Positions 1 to 8,714 are shown, counted from the first letter of the stretch. The stretch: 32,000 nt of DNA from Vibrio alginolyticus NBRC 15630 = ATCC 17749 (GCF_000354175.2 NC_022349.1:480001-512000); one strand, 5' to 3'. Notes: generated by a model not told the origin, from the sequence alone. Program-made: numbers and translations.

Positions 1-1257
1 GATCTTTGCATTCGCGTACTAGCTCAAGGTATTGATACCAATATTCCAGTGAGTGAGGTCATGAGTTATGACGTGGTTTCATTGGATTATAACGCCTATG
101 TGTTTGAGGCCATGTTAACCATGTTGCGTTACAACGTACATCATTTACCAATTTTAAAAGATAAAAAGCCGATAGGAATTATTGGCATGACGGACATCGT
201 TCGTTACGAATCTCAGAACAGCCTATTGCTAGTGAGCTCTATTTTTCAGCAAACCAGTGTCGAGGATCTCAAGCAGGTTTCTGAACAAGTAAAAGACTGT
301 TTCGTAAGAATGGTCAATGAAGATGCCAACGCGCACATGATTGGTCGAGCCATGTCGGTTATAGGCAGTAGTTTCAAACAACGCCTCGCTGAATTAGCTG
401 AGCAAGAGTTCGGCCCAGCGCCCATTCCTTATTGTTTAGTCGCAATGGGTTCAATGGCGAGGGATGAGCAGCTAATTGTAACGGATCAAGATAACGCCCT
501 TATTCTCGATAACAGTTATGACGTTGAGATTCACGGAGAGTACTTTGAAAAGTTTGCTAAATTTGTTTGTGATGGTTTAGCGGCATGCGGCTATGCTTAT
601 TGTACTGGAGACATTATGGCTACCAACCCAGAATGGCGAAAAACTCGTGCAGAATGGGAAGAATGCTTTGGAAACTGGATAGACAATCCAACCCCTGAGA
701 GATTGTTAAATAGTAATATCTTTTTTGATCTCCTCGGTGTGCATGGGCGAGTGAAATGGGCGGAGCAATTAAGCAGCTTTATTGTGAGACGAGCGAAAAG
801 AAATAACCGCTTTCTTGCTTGTATGGCGTATAACGCAATACGTAGGACGCCTCCACTGGGCTTTTTCAAAGACTTTGTGATGGAGAAAGATGGTCGTCAT
901 CGCAACTCGATTAACTTGAAGCGAAGGGGGACGGCTCCGTTGGCCGATTTAATACGGGTGCATTCTCTGGCAATCGGTTCGCGATCGCAAAACTCTTTCG
1001 ACCGTTTAGATGACATTAATGATGCTGGCATTTTACCGAAAGGTCGAGGTTTGGATTTAAGGGATGCGATGGAGCTAATCTACATGGTTCGAATTCGTCA
1101 CCAAGCCCTTGATATAGAAAATGGAGAAGAGCCAGACAACAATATTGAGCCGGAGAACATGTCTGAATTTGAACGTCGAAACTTAAAAGCAGCATTTCAA
1201 ATTCTAAGTAACGCTCAGAACTTCATTAAGTTTCGATACCAGAGAAGTAGCAAATAA
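1..1257 (+). CDS. CBS-pair / DUF294-type putative nucleotidyltransferase, 3' portion (5' end outside window)
   Basis: Frame 1 is open from base 1 (DLCIRVLAQGIDTNIPVSEV precedes the track ATG at 49), so the gene is cut by the window edge. There is a CBS-like segment (HHLPILKDKKPIGIIGMTDIVRY). It is followed by a Pol-beta-type NTase core (GSMARDEQLIVTDQDNALIL) and a helical tail of the kind seen in DUF294/DUF294_C proteins. Confidence 0.75.
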   Translation, partial: DLCIRVLAQGIDTNIPVSEVMSYDVVSLDYNAYVFEAMLTMLRYNVHHLPILKDKKPIGIIGMTDIVRYESQNSLLLVSSIFQQTSVEDLKQVSEQVKDCFVRMVNEDANAHMIGRAMSVIGSSFKQRLAELAEQEFGPAPIPYCLVAMGSMARDEQLIVTDQDNALILDNSYDVEIHGEYFEKFAKFVCDGLAACGYAYCTGDIMATNPEWRKTRAEWEECFGNWIDNPTPERLLNSNIFFDLLGVHGRVKWAEQLSSFIVRRAKRNNRFLACMAYNAIRRTPPLGFFKDFVMEKDGRHRNSINLKRRGTAPLADLIRVHSLAIGSRSQNSFDRLDDINDAGILPKGRGLDLRDAMELIYMVRIRHQALDIENGEEPDNNIEPENMSEFERRNLKAAFQILSNAQNFIKFRYQRSSK

Positions 1258-2003
1258 TGTGGTTCTCAAAAAAAGTAGAAAAAGAACAGCCGTTGTTGGA
1301 TACATCCCAGACGCCAGAGTGGTCAATGTTGTTCAAACAACTAGCTAAAGAAGCGAAAGACGAGAGGCTCAAACGCTACTATTCGACACCGATGGTTAAT
1401 GGGGAAACACCAATTGAACAAGTGCCATTTGTCTCGGTAGACTTTGAGACAACAGGATTGAACTCGGAAGAGGATGTCATTCTCACGATCGGACTTGTGC
1501 CGTTCACTATTGATCGTGTTCAATGTAATGGTTCTGCTCATTGGGTCGTTAACCCAAACAGAGAGTTAAACCACGAGTCTGTCATTATTCACGGTATCAC
1601 TGACTCTGAGGTTAAAAACGCGCCGCAGCTGTCTCAGATCTTGGGTGAAATATTGGATGCGTTGTCAGGCAAAGTGGTACTTGTTCACTACAAGAACATT
1701 GAAAGGCAGTTCTTTAATAACGCCTTGCTAAATAGCATCGGAGAGGGGATACAGTTTCCTGTTGTTGATACGTTAGATATTGAGTATGCGATACAACGCC
1801 GTGAATGCAGAGGTTTTATCAATAAGTTGAAAGGCAAGAAACCCGGTTCTGTACGATTAGGGCACGCTCGTGAAAGATATGGCCTCCCTGCTTATCAACC
1901 TCACCATGCCCTGACGGATGCGTTAGCAACTGCGGAGCTGTTTCAAGCACAACTGCAGTATCACTTTAATCGAAACATGCCAATATCTTCGGTTTGGCAA
2001 TAG
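1257..2003 (+). CDS. DnaQ/epsilon-like DEDDh 3'-5' exonuclease
   Basis: 248-aa ORF. Exo I motif VSVDFETTGL and Exo III motif HHALTDALATAELF are present. The Exo II region reads VLVHYKNIERQFF. The ATG overlaps the upstream TAA by 1 nt (TAATG, 1255-1259). Confidence 0.8.
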   Translation: MWFSKKVEKEQPLLDTSQTPEWSMLFKQLAKEAKDERLKRYYSTPMVNGETPIEQVPFVSVDFETTGLNSEEDVILTIGLVPFTIDRVQCNGSAHWVVNPNRELNHESVIIHGITDSEVKNAPQLSQILGEILDALSGKVVLVHYKNIERQFFNNALLNSIGEGIQFPVVDTLDIEYAIQRRECRGFINKLKGKKPGSVRLGHARERYGLPAYQPHHALTDALATAELFQAQLQYHFNRNMPISSVWQ

Positions 2004-2195
2004 GCGTTATTTATGGTGAAAACAATAAAATGCAATGAGAGATAGGGGGCTTTAAGATTATGATGGCGGATTGAGTAACCGCTTATAAGAACAATGTTTT
2101 ATGAACATGTGCTTGGTAGTGATGAAGACGTTTCATTACTCGAACTCCGACGAAAGTAATTTAAACTTGGTCACGTATTTTTAAGGAGATTATCC

Positions 2196-3854
2196 GTGAG
2201 CACCGATAATAACGGTGGCATTCAACGCCCCGATGGAAAAGTAAACGCAATAGATACTGACTATCAAATTGGTCAGGATAACGTTGCGCTAAAGGTAGGC
2301 CCATTTGGCCTTGATATTCACAACCGTGTTTTTGCAATTTCTGGCTTAGCAATCGTCATGTTTGTTGTGATAACACTATTATTCCGAGAACAGGTAGAGC
2401 CGTTTTTTGCAGACCTACGAGCGGGTTTGTTACACAATTTAGACTGGTTTTTTCTCGCTTCAGGTAATATTTTTGTCATTGTCTGTGTCGGATTGATCTT
2501 CACACCATTGGGCCGTGTGCGAATCGGTGGTACTGAAGCAACACCGGATTACTCCTATGCCGGATGGTTGGCAATGCTATTTGCTGCAGGTATGGGCATT
2601 GGTCTCGTATTCTTCGGTGTATCAGAACCGATGTCCCATTTTAGTTCTGCGATTGGTGGCGTGAGCGTTGAGAATGGTGTACGTACTGACTGGGCACCGC
2701 TAGGTGGTGCAGAGGGCGATGCAACTGCAGCTTCGGCATTAGGGATGGCTGCGACGATTTACCACTGGGCACTTCATCCGTGGTCAATATACGCGCTCTT
2801 GGCTCTTGGACTGGCTATCTTTTCATTTAACAAAGGTTTGCCACTCACCATGCGCTCAATTTTTTACCCTTTGTTTGGTGAGCGTGTATGGGGTTGGACT
2901 GGTCATATTATCGATATTCTTGCAGTGGTAGCGACGGTTTTTGGTTTAGCAACATCGCTAGGCTACGGTGCGTCTCAAGCCGCAACGGGTTTGAACTTCC
3001 TGTTTGATGTCCCAATGACCAATACCACGCAGGTTATATTGATTATTGGTATTACTGCGCTCGCTTTAATCTCTGTTGTGGCTGGACTCGATAAGGGCGT
3101 GAAAATCTTATCTGAAATCAACATGGGTCTTGCAGCGCTGCTATTGCTATTTGTTATTGTTGTTGGCCCGACGATTGCGATTTTAACTGGTTTCTTCGAG
3201 AACATCGTTTCCTATGTGGCTAATATCCCTGCCTTATCTATGCCATTTGGACGAGAGGATGTGAATTACTCTCAAGGCTGGACGGCGTTTTACTGGGCGT
3301 GGTGGATTTCTTGGTCACCATTTGTGGGTATGTTCATCGCACGTGTGTCTCGCGGTCGTTCAGTTCGTGAGTTTATTATTTGCGTTATTCTTATCCCATC
3401 TTCAGTTTGTGTGTTATGGATGACGGCTTTTGGCGGTAACGCAATTAGCCAATACGTTAATGATGGCTACGAGGCGGTGTTTAACGCAGAACTACCTTTA
3501 AAACTTTTTGCCATGTTAGATGTTATGCCATTGGCTGAGATAACATCTTTTGTCGGCATTATCTTAGTCGTGGTGTTCTTCATTACCTCTTCTGACTCAG
3601 GATCACTGGTTATTGATACTATTGCTGCGGGCGGTAAGGTCGATGCACCAACGCCACAACGCGTGTTCTGGTGTACGTTTGAAGGTTTGGTTGCGATTGC
3701 ATTGATGTTGGGTGGTGGTCTAGCTGCTGCTCAAGCAATGGCGGTGACGACTGGTTTACCGTTTACTATTGTTTTACTTGTTGCAACGGTATCTTTGATA
3801 AAAGGTTTGATGGATGAACCTCGTCCAAAGGCGGTTTCTAAGAAATCAAAATAA
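2196..3854 (+). CDS. BCCT-family (betaine/carnitine/choline-type) compatible-solute transporter
   Basis: 552-aa polytopic membrane ORF with the BCCT signature region WTAFYWAWWISWSPFVGMFIARVSRGRSVREF. GTG start, with AAGGAG (2183-2188) 7 nt upstream. Confidence 0.9.
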   Translation: MSTDNNGGIQRPDGKVNAIDTDYQIGQDNVALKVGPFGLDIHNRVFAISGLAIVMFVVITLLFREQVEPFFADLRAGLLHNLDWFFLASGNIFVIVCVGLIFTPLGRVRIGGTEATPDYSYAGWLAMLFAAGMGIGLVFFGVSEPMSHFSSAIGGVSVENGVRTDWAPLGGAEGDATAASALGMAATIYHWALHPWSIYALLALGLAIFSFNKGLPLTMRSIFYPLFGERVWGWTGHIIDILAVVATVFGLATSLGYGASQAATGLNFLFDVPMTNTTQVILIIGITALALISVVAGLDKGVKILSEINMGLAALLLLFVIVVGPTIAILTGFFENIVSYVANIPALSMPFGREDVNYSQGWTAFYWAWWISWSPFVGMFIARVSRGRSVREFIICVILIPSSVCVLWMTAFGGNAISQYVNDGYEAVFNAELPLKLFAMLDVMPLAEITSFVGIILVVVFFITSSDSGSLVIDTIAAGGKVDAPTPQRVFWCTFEGLVAIALMLGGGLAAAQAMAVTTGLPFTIVLLVATVSLIKGLMDEPRPKAVSKKSK

Positions 3855-3882
3855 CTAGTATCAGCAGTTAAATTATTGATAA

Positions 3883-3915
3883 AAGCGGTATGCGAAAGCA
3901 TGCCGCTTTTTTTTT
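3883..3915 (+). terminator. Rho-independent terminator after the BCCT gene
   Basis: AAGCGGTATGC / GCATGCCGCTT stem (one G-U pair) with a GAAA loop, followed by a run of about 9 T. Confidence 0.8.
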
Positions 3916-4048
3916 GGATTTCTATTTTTCTCTGAGAAATGAACAGCATGGAAAACGGTCTTATTCTGGTTGTTTTTTGTACTGTGCATTTAGGTGACTA
4001 TTTAATAAATTAGACCTCGAACTATTTTAACTTTTGGTTAATAGGTTT

Positions 4049-4074
4049 ATTTTTGTGATTTGAATCACAAAAAT
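4049..4074. promoter_or_regulatory. CRP-type palindrome (TGTGA-N6-TCACA) upstream of ectA
   Basis: ATTTTTGTGATT|TGAATCACAAAAAT. Half-sites TGTGA (4054-4058) and TCACA (4065-4069) are separated by 6 nt, and the flanks extend the palindrome to 11-12 bp per arm. It lies about 100 nt upstream of the ectA start. Confidence 0.55.
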
Positions 4075-4157
4075 ACCGATAAAAAGGCGGATTATTTGAT
4101 TTTTAGTCGCGAGGGATGCCCATAATAAAAAGGAAATTTAATTAGACCTCAAAGGAT

Positions 4158-4703
4158 ATGTATTTTCACATGATCACATCAGCACCTTGGGTCCTTTATC
4201 CAGAGATTGGAGAAGACTCAAGTAAAAAATGGATTTTTCGTGAGCCTAAAATCTCTGATGGTGACGACATTTACAGCTTGATTGCAGACTGTCCTCCATT
4301 GGACATGAACTCATCTTATTGCAATTTCCTACAGTCTACGCATTTCAGCAAAACCAGTATTTTGGTTGAGCAAAAAGGCGAAATCGCAGGTTTCATTTCC
4401 GGTTATCAGAAACCAGACGAGCAAGACGTTTTATTTGTCTGGCAAGTTGCAGTCTCACCTCGCTTTAGAGGTCATGGTTTAGCATTCCGCATGTTGAAAG
4501 AACTTCTCACCCGAGAGGAATTAGGCGGTGTTAAATCGGTAGAAACTACCATCACGGAAGATAATAAAGCCTCTTGGGCACTGTTCAAAAAGTTAGATGC
4601 GATGAACGGCAATTCTGGCCAAGTAAGCACATTTTTGGATGAAGAAGCCCACTTTAAAGGCAAACACGATACAGAATATTTGTATCGCATTCCTCTCAAA
4701 TAA
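4158..4703 (+). CDS. ectA: L-2,4-diaminobutyrate acetyltransferase EctA
   Basis: GNAT-like ORF (VWQVAVSPRFRGHGLAFRML) immediately upstream of ectB-ectC. An alternative start is the ATG at 4170 (MITSAPW...), since AGGA at 4153-4156 lies only 1 nt before the 4158 ATG. Confidence 0.88.
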   Translation: MYFHMITSAPWVLYPEIGEDSSKKWIFREPKISDGDDIYSLIADCPPLDMNSSYCNFLQSTHFSKTSILVEQKGEIAGFISGYQKPDEQDVLFVWQVAVSPRFRGHGLAFRMLKELLTREELGGVKSVETTITEDNKASWALFKKLDAMNGNSGQVSTFLDEEAHFKGKHDTEYLYRIPLK

Positions 4704-4737
4704 TCCTCAAACAATAGGAAATAAAAACGGTCTCATC

Positions 4738-6003
4738 ATGGATATTTTCAAAAAGCAGGAATCCAACGTACGCTCATATTCAAACAATTTCCCGGTCGTT
4801 TTTCGTAAAGCGAAAGGCTGCTGGCTAGAAACAGAACAAGGTGAACGATACTTAGACTTCCTTGCTGGAGCGGGATCTCTAAATTACGGCCATAACAATC
4901 CAGTACTAAAACAAGCGTTGCTTGAGTACATTGAAATGGACGGTATTACTCACGGTTTGGATATGCACTCAGAAGCGAAAGCATCGTTTCTGGAAGCGTT
5001 GGATACTTACATCCTTAAACCAAGAAACTTGGATTACAAGGTTCAGTTTACGGGCCCAACAGGTACTAACGCTGTTGAGGCGGCATTGAAGCTGGCTAAA
5101 AAAGTAAAAGGCCGCGACAGCGTCGTTGCGTTTACTAACGGTTTCCATGGTTGTACTGCTGGCGCACTGGCTGCAACGGGTAACCAGCATCACAGACAAG
5201 GTAACGGTTCTAGTCTAAGTAACGTCACTCGTATTCCATTTGAAGGTTACGCTGGCGTAGATGGTCTTGCGCTGTTCGAAACCATGCTAAATGATAACTC
5301 TGCAGGTATGGATAAACCAGCCGCTGTACTTCTTGAAACTGTGCAGGGTGAAGGTGGTTTAAATGCTGCTTCAAACGAGTGGTTACAACGTTTGAGCAAA
5401 ATCTGTAAAGCCAATGACATTCTTGTGATTGTCGATGACATTCAAGCAGGTTGTGGACGTACCGGTACTTTCTTTAGTTTCGAGCCGTCTGGTATCCAAC
5501 CGGATATCGTGACGCTATCGAAGTCGATCGGTGGTTACGGTTTGCCGATGGCTGTCGTATTACTTAAGCCTGAGCTTGACCAGTGGAAGCCAGGCGAGCA
5601 TAACGGTACGTTCCGTGGCAATAATCACGCCTTTATTACTGCTGCAAAAGCACTAGAAATTTACTGGGCAAACGATGATTTTGAAACACACATCAAGCAG
5701 TGTTCAGACAAGGTGAGTGCAGTGATTGACCGTTGTGTTCGTCGCTTTCCACAAATGTTTGTGCAGAAAAAAGGCCGCGGCATGATGGTTGGTATTGAAT
5801 GTATCAATGGTGACATGGCATCTGAAATCGCGAAAAACTGTTTCGAGAATGGAATGGTGATAGAGACAGCGGGTCCAGACGATGAAGTTGTGAAGTTCTT
5901 CTGTCCACTAACCATCAGCGAATCAGAGCTAGATCAAGGACTAAGCATCTTTGAAAATGCAGTAGAGACTATCGCTGCGAAACATTTCAAACAAGCATCT
6001 TAA
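4738..6003 (+). CDS. ectB: Diaminobutyrate--2-oxoglutarate aminotransferase EctB
   Basis: 421-aa class-III PLP aminotransferase ([27 protein letters not shown]). The start is set at [15 protein letters not shown]. The track ORF start at 4639 would overlap ectA by 65 nt. Confidence 0.92.
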   Translation: MDIFKKQESNVRSYSNNFPVVFRKAKGCWLETEQGERYLDFLAGAGSLNYGHNNPVLKQALLEYIEMDGITHGLDMHSEAKASFLEALDTYILKPRNLDYKVQFTGPTGTNAVEAALKLAKKVKGRDSVVAFTNGFHGCTAGALAATGNQHHRQGNGSSLSNVTRIPFEGYAGVDGLALFETMLNDNSAGMDKPAAVLLETVQGEGGLNAASNEWLQRLSKICKANDILVIVDDIQAGCGRTGTFFSFEPSGIQPDIVTLSKSIGGYGLPMAVVLLKPELDQWKPGEHNGTFRGNNHAFITAAKALEIYWANDDFETHIKQCSDKVSAVIDRCVRRFPQMFVQKKGRGMMVGIECINGDMASEIAKNCFENGMVIETAGPDDEVVKFFCPLTISESELDQGLSIFENAVETIAAKHFKQAS

Positions 6004-6017
6004 TAAGGATTTTAATT

Positions 6018-6404
6018 ATGATCGTCAGAACTCTAGATGAATGCCGCAACAGCGAACGACGTGTTGTTTCAGATAACTGGGAAAGTGTCCGCATGTTGTT
6101 GAAAGACGACAACATGGGTTTCTCTTTCCACATCACAACGATTTATGAAGATACAGAAACTCATATTCACTATCAAAACCACCTTGAATCGGTGTTTTGT
6201 ATGAGTGGTGAAGGTGAGATTGAAGTTGTAGGTGGAGAAACGTACCCAATCAAACCAGGTACATTATATATCCTTGATAAACACGATGAGCACTACTTGA
6301 GAGCTTATAAGAATAAAGAAATGGTAATGGCGTGTGTGTTTAACCCACCGATTACTGGCGCTGAAGTGCACGATGAAAACGGTGTTTATCCTCTCGTTGA
6401 CTAA
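6018..6404 (+). CDS. ectC: Ectoine synthase EctC
   Basis: 128-aa cupin with the typical EctC N-terminus [43 protein letters not shown] lies upstream. Confidence 0.95.
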   Translation: MIVRTLDECRNSERRVVSDNWESVRMLLKDDNMGFSFHITTIYEDTETHIHYQNHLESVFCMSGEGEIEVVGGETYPIKPGTLYILDKHDEHYLRAYKNKEMVMACVFNPPITGAEVHDENGVYPLVD

Positions 6405-6413
6405 AAGATGATG

Positions 6414-6435
6414 GTGGGGTGCTTTGCCACCCCAC
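6414..6435 (+). terminator. Intra-operon hairpin between ectC and ask (possible attenuator)
   Basis: Perfect 8-bp GC-rich stem GTGGGGTG / CACCCCAC with a 6-nt loop, followed by an interrupted T-rich stretch (CTCTTCTTTTTTCTTTTT). Confidence 0.35.
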
Positions 6436-6490
6436 ACTTTACTATCTCTTCTTTTTTCTTTTTAAAGTTACCAATCAAAAAAGGCTTATC

Positions 6491-7912
6491 ATGACATTTA
6501 CCGTAGAAAAAATCGGCGGTACATCAATGACAGCATTTGATGCTGTTCTCGACAATATTATTCTTCGTCCCAAAACACCATACAATCGTATTTTTGTCGT
6601 ATCTGCATACGGTGGTATGACCGATGCGCTGCTCGAGTGTAAAAAAACCAGTAAACCAGGCGTTTATCAGCTTATCGCGAAACGCGACGACAAATGGGAA
6701 GAAGCGTTAGCGTACGTTGAAAGCCGTATGTTGCTGACCAATGAAAATATTTTTGCGGACCCAATGAATCGTATCCGTGCGGATAAATTCATTCGCTCCC
6801 GCATTGCTGAAGCGAAAAACTGTATCGCGAATATTTTAGAAACCTGTCAGTACGGTCAATTTTCGTTGCGCCAGTACTTGCCTCAAATTCGAGAGTTTCT
6901 CTCGTCTATCGGTGAGGCACATAGTGCTTACAACACAGCACTAAAACTAAAAAATATGGGTATTAACGCTAAGTTCGTTGACCTGTCTGGTTGGGATAAT
7001 CAAGCGCCAAGAAGCCTTGATGAGTCGATCAGTGACGCGTTTGCTGATATCGATGTATCAAAAGAACTGCCAATCGTGACAGGTTATGCTTACTGTAAAG
7101 AGGGCCTAATGCACACTTATGACCGAGGTTATAGTGAGATGACATTTAGCCGAATTGCAGCAATAACAAAAGCGGATTTAGCAGTAATTCACAAAGAGTA
7201 CCACTTGAGCTCAGCAGACCCACGCGTTGTTGGCCCTGAAAAAGTATTACCAATTGGTAGTACAAACTATGACGTAGCAGACCAACTTGCTAACCTTGGC
7301 ATGGAAGCGATTCACCCAAATGCCGCTGCGGGTTTACGTGAAAGTGGTATTGAGCTACAGATTAAAAATACATTCGAACCTGAACACGAAGGTACTTTGA
7401 TCTCTTCAAGCTACCGCCCAGAAGAAGACAAAGTCGAGATCATCGCAGGTAAAGAAAAAGTATTTGCACTGCATTTGTTTGACCAAGCAATGGTAGGAAA
7501 AGCCGATAACGTTAGTTACGAATTGATGGAAATCATCTCCGATGCTCGTGTAAGTTTGGTTGGTAAAGAGATGAACGCTAACTCTATTACTTACTATCTA
7601 GGTGGCAGTACTGATAGCTTAAACAAAGTATTGTATAAAGCCGAGAAACGTTATCCGAATGCCTCGATTAAAGGTCGTATGGTCGCGCTTATCTCAGCCA
7701 TCGGTTCTCAAATTGATACCAACAAGACGTTGGCGAAAGGTGTGCTTGCATTGATGAATAATGGCGTTACGCCAGTTGCACTGCACTCATCATTGAGAAA
7801 TGTAAATGTTCAATTTGTTGTCGGTGATAAGGAATACCAGCACGCGATTTGCGCATTGCATGATGAGTTTTTCCAAAGTAGCAGTGTAGCTAAATCGGTT
7901 AATGTGGCTTAG
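6491..7912 (+). CDS. ask: Ectoine-cluster aspartokinase (Ask_Ect type)
   Basis: 473-aa ORF starting MTFTVEKIGGTSMTAF (aspartokinase N-terminal KxGGTS motif), located directly downstream of ectC. The upstream extension of the track ORF (6419) runs through the hairpin and is discounted. Confidence 0.9.
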   Translation: MTFTVEKIGGTSMTAFDAVLDNIILRPKTPYNRIFVVSAYGGMTDALLECKKTSKPGVYQLIAKRDDKWEEALAYVESRMLLTNENIFADPMNRIRADKFIRSRIAEAKNCIANILETCQYGQFSLRQYLPQIREFLSSIGEAHSAYNTALKLKNMGINAKFVDLSGWDNQAPRSLDESISDAFADIDVSKELPIVTGYAYCKEGLMHTYDRGYSEMTFSRIAAITKADLAVIHKEYHLSSADPRVVGPEKVLPIGSTNYDVADQLANLGMEAIHPNAAAGLRESGIELQIKNTFEPEHEGTLISSSYRPEEDKVEIIAGKEKVFALHLFDQAMVGKADNVSYELMEIISDARVSLVGKEMNANSITYYLGGSTDSLNKVLYKAEKRYPNASIKGRMVALISAIGSQIDTNKTLAKGVLALMNNGVTPVALHSSLRNVNVQFVVGDKEYQHAICALHDEFFQSSSVAKSVNVA

Positions 7913-7933
7913 TTTATCCACGGTTAAAATACA

Positions 7934-7962
7934 AAGGAGAGCAGGTTAGCTCTCCTTTTTTT
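7934..7962 (+). terminator. Rho-independent terminator of the ect-ask operon
   Basis: GGAGAGC / GCTCTCC stem with a 6-nt loop, followed by TTTTTTT. Confidence 0.8.
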
Positions 7963-8027
7963 GTTTTCAGCCCTAAACCACCTACTTCAGTAGGTGGTTA
8001 TCATCCGTTTCGGCTTTGCCTGTAAAA

Positions 8028-8090
8028 CTACTCATGCTAAATGCGTCTTTGATTTTTCCAGAAGTCAAAGAGGACAAATAACATGAGTAG
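8028..8090 (+). promoter_or_regulatory. Structured tnpA leader that sequesters the SD and start codon
   Basis: CTACTCATG (8028-8036) is the exact reverse complement of CATGAGTAG (8082-8090), which contains the ATG at 8083. A nested stem TCTTTGA (8046-8052) / TCAAAGA (8065-8071) overlaps the AGAGG SD. Confidence 0.5.
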
Positions 8091-8517
8091 ATACAATCAA
8101 GCTTCCCACGTATTTTGGCGTTGTCAATACCATATAGTGTGGACGCCAAAGTATCGATTTAGGATCTTGAAGAACAATATAGGTAAAGAAGTTTATCGAT
8201 GTATTTATGTTTACTGTAATCAACTTGGATGTGAAGTCGTAGAGCTAAACGTACAAGTTGACCACGTACATTTAGTTGTAAAGGTCCCACCAAAGCTTTC
8301 GATATCCAAGTTGATGGGGGTATTGAAAGGCAAAATAGCCTTAAAGCTATTTAGCAAGTTTCCTCACCTTAGGAAGAACAGGCTTTGGGGTAATCACTTT
8401 TGGCAAAGAGGCTATTTTGTCGATAGTGTTGGAATCAATGAAGAAATAATACGCCGATATGTAAGACATCAAGAGAAGCAAGAGCGAGTAGAGCAGCAGC
8501 AATTGGCGCTGGACTAA
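8083..8517 (+). CDS. tnpA: IS200/IS605-family Y1 (HUH) transposase TnpA
   Basis: 144 aa. Contains the HUH motif VDHVHLVV, a C-terminal catalytic-Tyr region WQRGYFVDSVG, and the N-terminus CQYHIVWTPKYR typical of IS200 TnpA. Confidence 0.92.
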   Translation: MSRYNQASHVFWRCQYHIVWTPKYRFRILKNNIGKEVYRCIYVYCNQLGCEVVELNVQVDHVHLVVKVPPKLSISKLMGVLKGKIALKLFSKFPHLRKNRLWGNHFWQRGYFVDSVGINEEIIRRYVRHQEKQERVEQQQLALD

Positions 8518-8654
8518 ACAAAGGCCCCCTTTTAGGGGGCTCACACAAAGCCACCTTCTTTAGAAGGTGGTAATTTACTTTTCAGTTTGTACTCACAATG
8601 CCCACTTTGTATAGGCTAAACAGGCGATTTAAGTAAGTTCCTATGTGGCGATAC

Positions 8655-8688
8655 ACATAAGCCAGCAGAATGGTCTGCTGGCTTATGT
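8655..8688 (-). terminator. Perfect 14-bp hairpin downstream of sulfatase 1 (putative terminator)
   Basis: ACATAAGCCAGCAG-AATGGT-CTGCTGGCTTATGT, lying 27 nt beyond the stop of the minus-strand gene. There is no clear U-tract on either strand. Confidence 0.4.
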
Positions 8689-8714
8689 TACTGATTAACT
8701 AACGTTAACTTAGT

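Larger units (their letters stand above)
7971..8585 (+). mobile_element. IS200-type insertion sequence (IS200/IS605 family, tnpA only)
   Basis: Solo Y1 transposase gene flanked by sub-terminal perfect hairpins. The left hairpin is AACCACCTAC-TTCA-GTAGGTGGTT (7976-7999). The right hairpins are GCCCCC/GGGGGC (8524-8540) and CCACCTTC/GAAGGTGG (8551-8570). TTTTCAG occurs just outside the left end (7964-7970) and again at the proposed right end (8579-8585). The boundaries are approximate. Confidence 0.8.

Noticed and set aside
597-869. Antisense or overlapping ORFs of 60-130 aa within the DUF294, exonuclease, BCCT, ect, sulfatase, cytochrome and HAD genes (for example 597-869, 1341-1541, 2318-2503, 8815-9036, 11696-12094, 16713-16919, 17869-18066).
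   Set aside because: Each is nested in a longer ORF that has clear family motifs, and none has an independent signature.
4639-4737. The long N-terminal extension of the ectB ORF in the track (start at 4639).
   Set aside because: It would overlap ectA by 65 nt and adds a non-conserved-looking leader (MKKPTLKANTIQNICIAF...). The ATG at 4738 gives the usual ~421-aa EctB beginning MDIFKKQES.
6419-6490. The upstream extension of the aspartokinase ORF (track start 6419, MLCHPTLYYLFFFLFK...).
   Set aside because: It uses a non-ATG start inside the ectC-ask hairpin and T-tract. The aspartokinase KIGGTS motif sits right after the ATG at 6491.
8655-8688. The 14-bp perfect hairpin considered as part of the IS200 element, or as a REP-like repeat.
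   Set aside because: It lies ~70 nt beyond the IS right-end hairpins and has no second copy in the window. It is kept only as a possible terminator for sulfatase 1.
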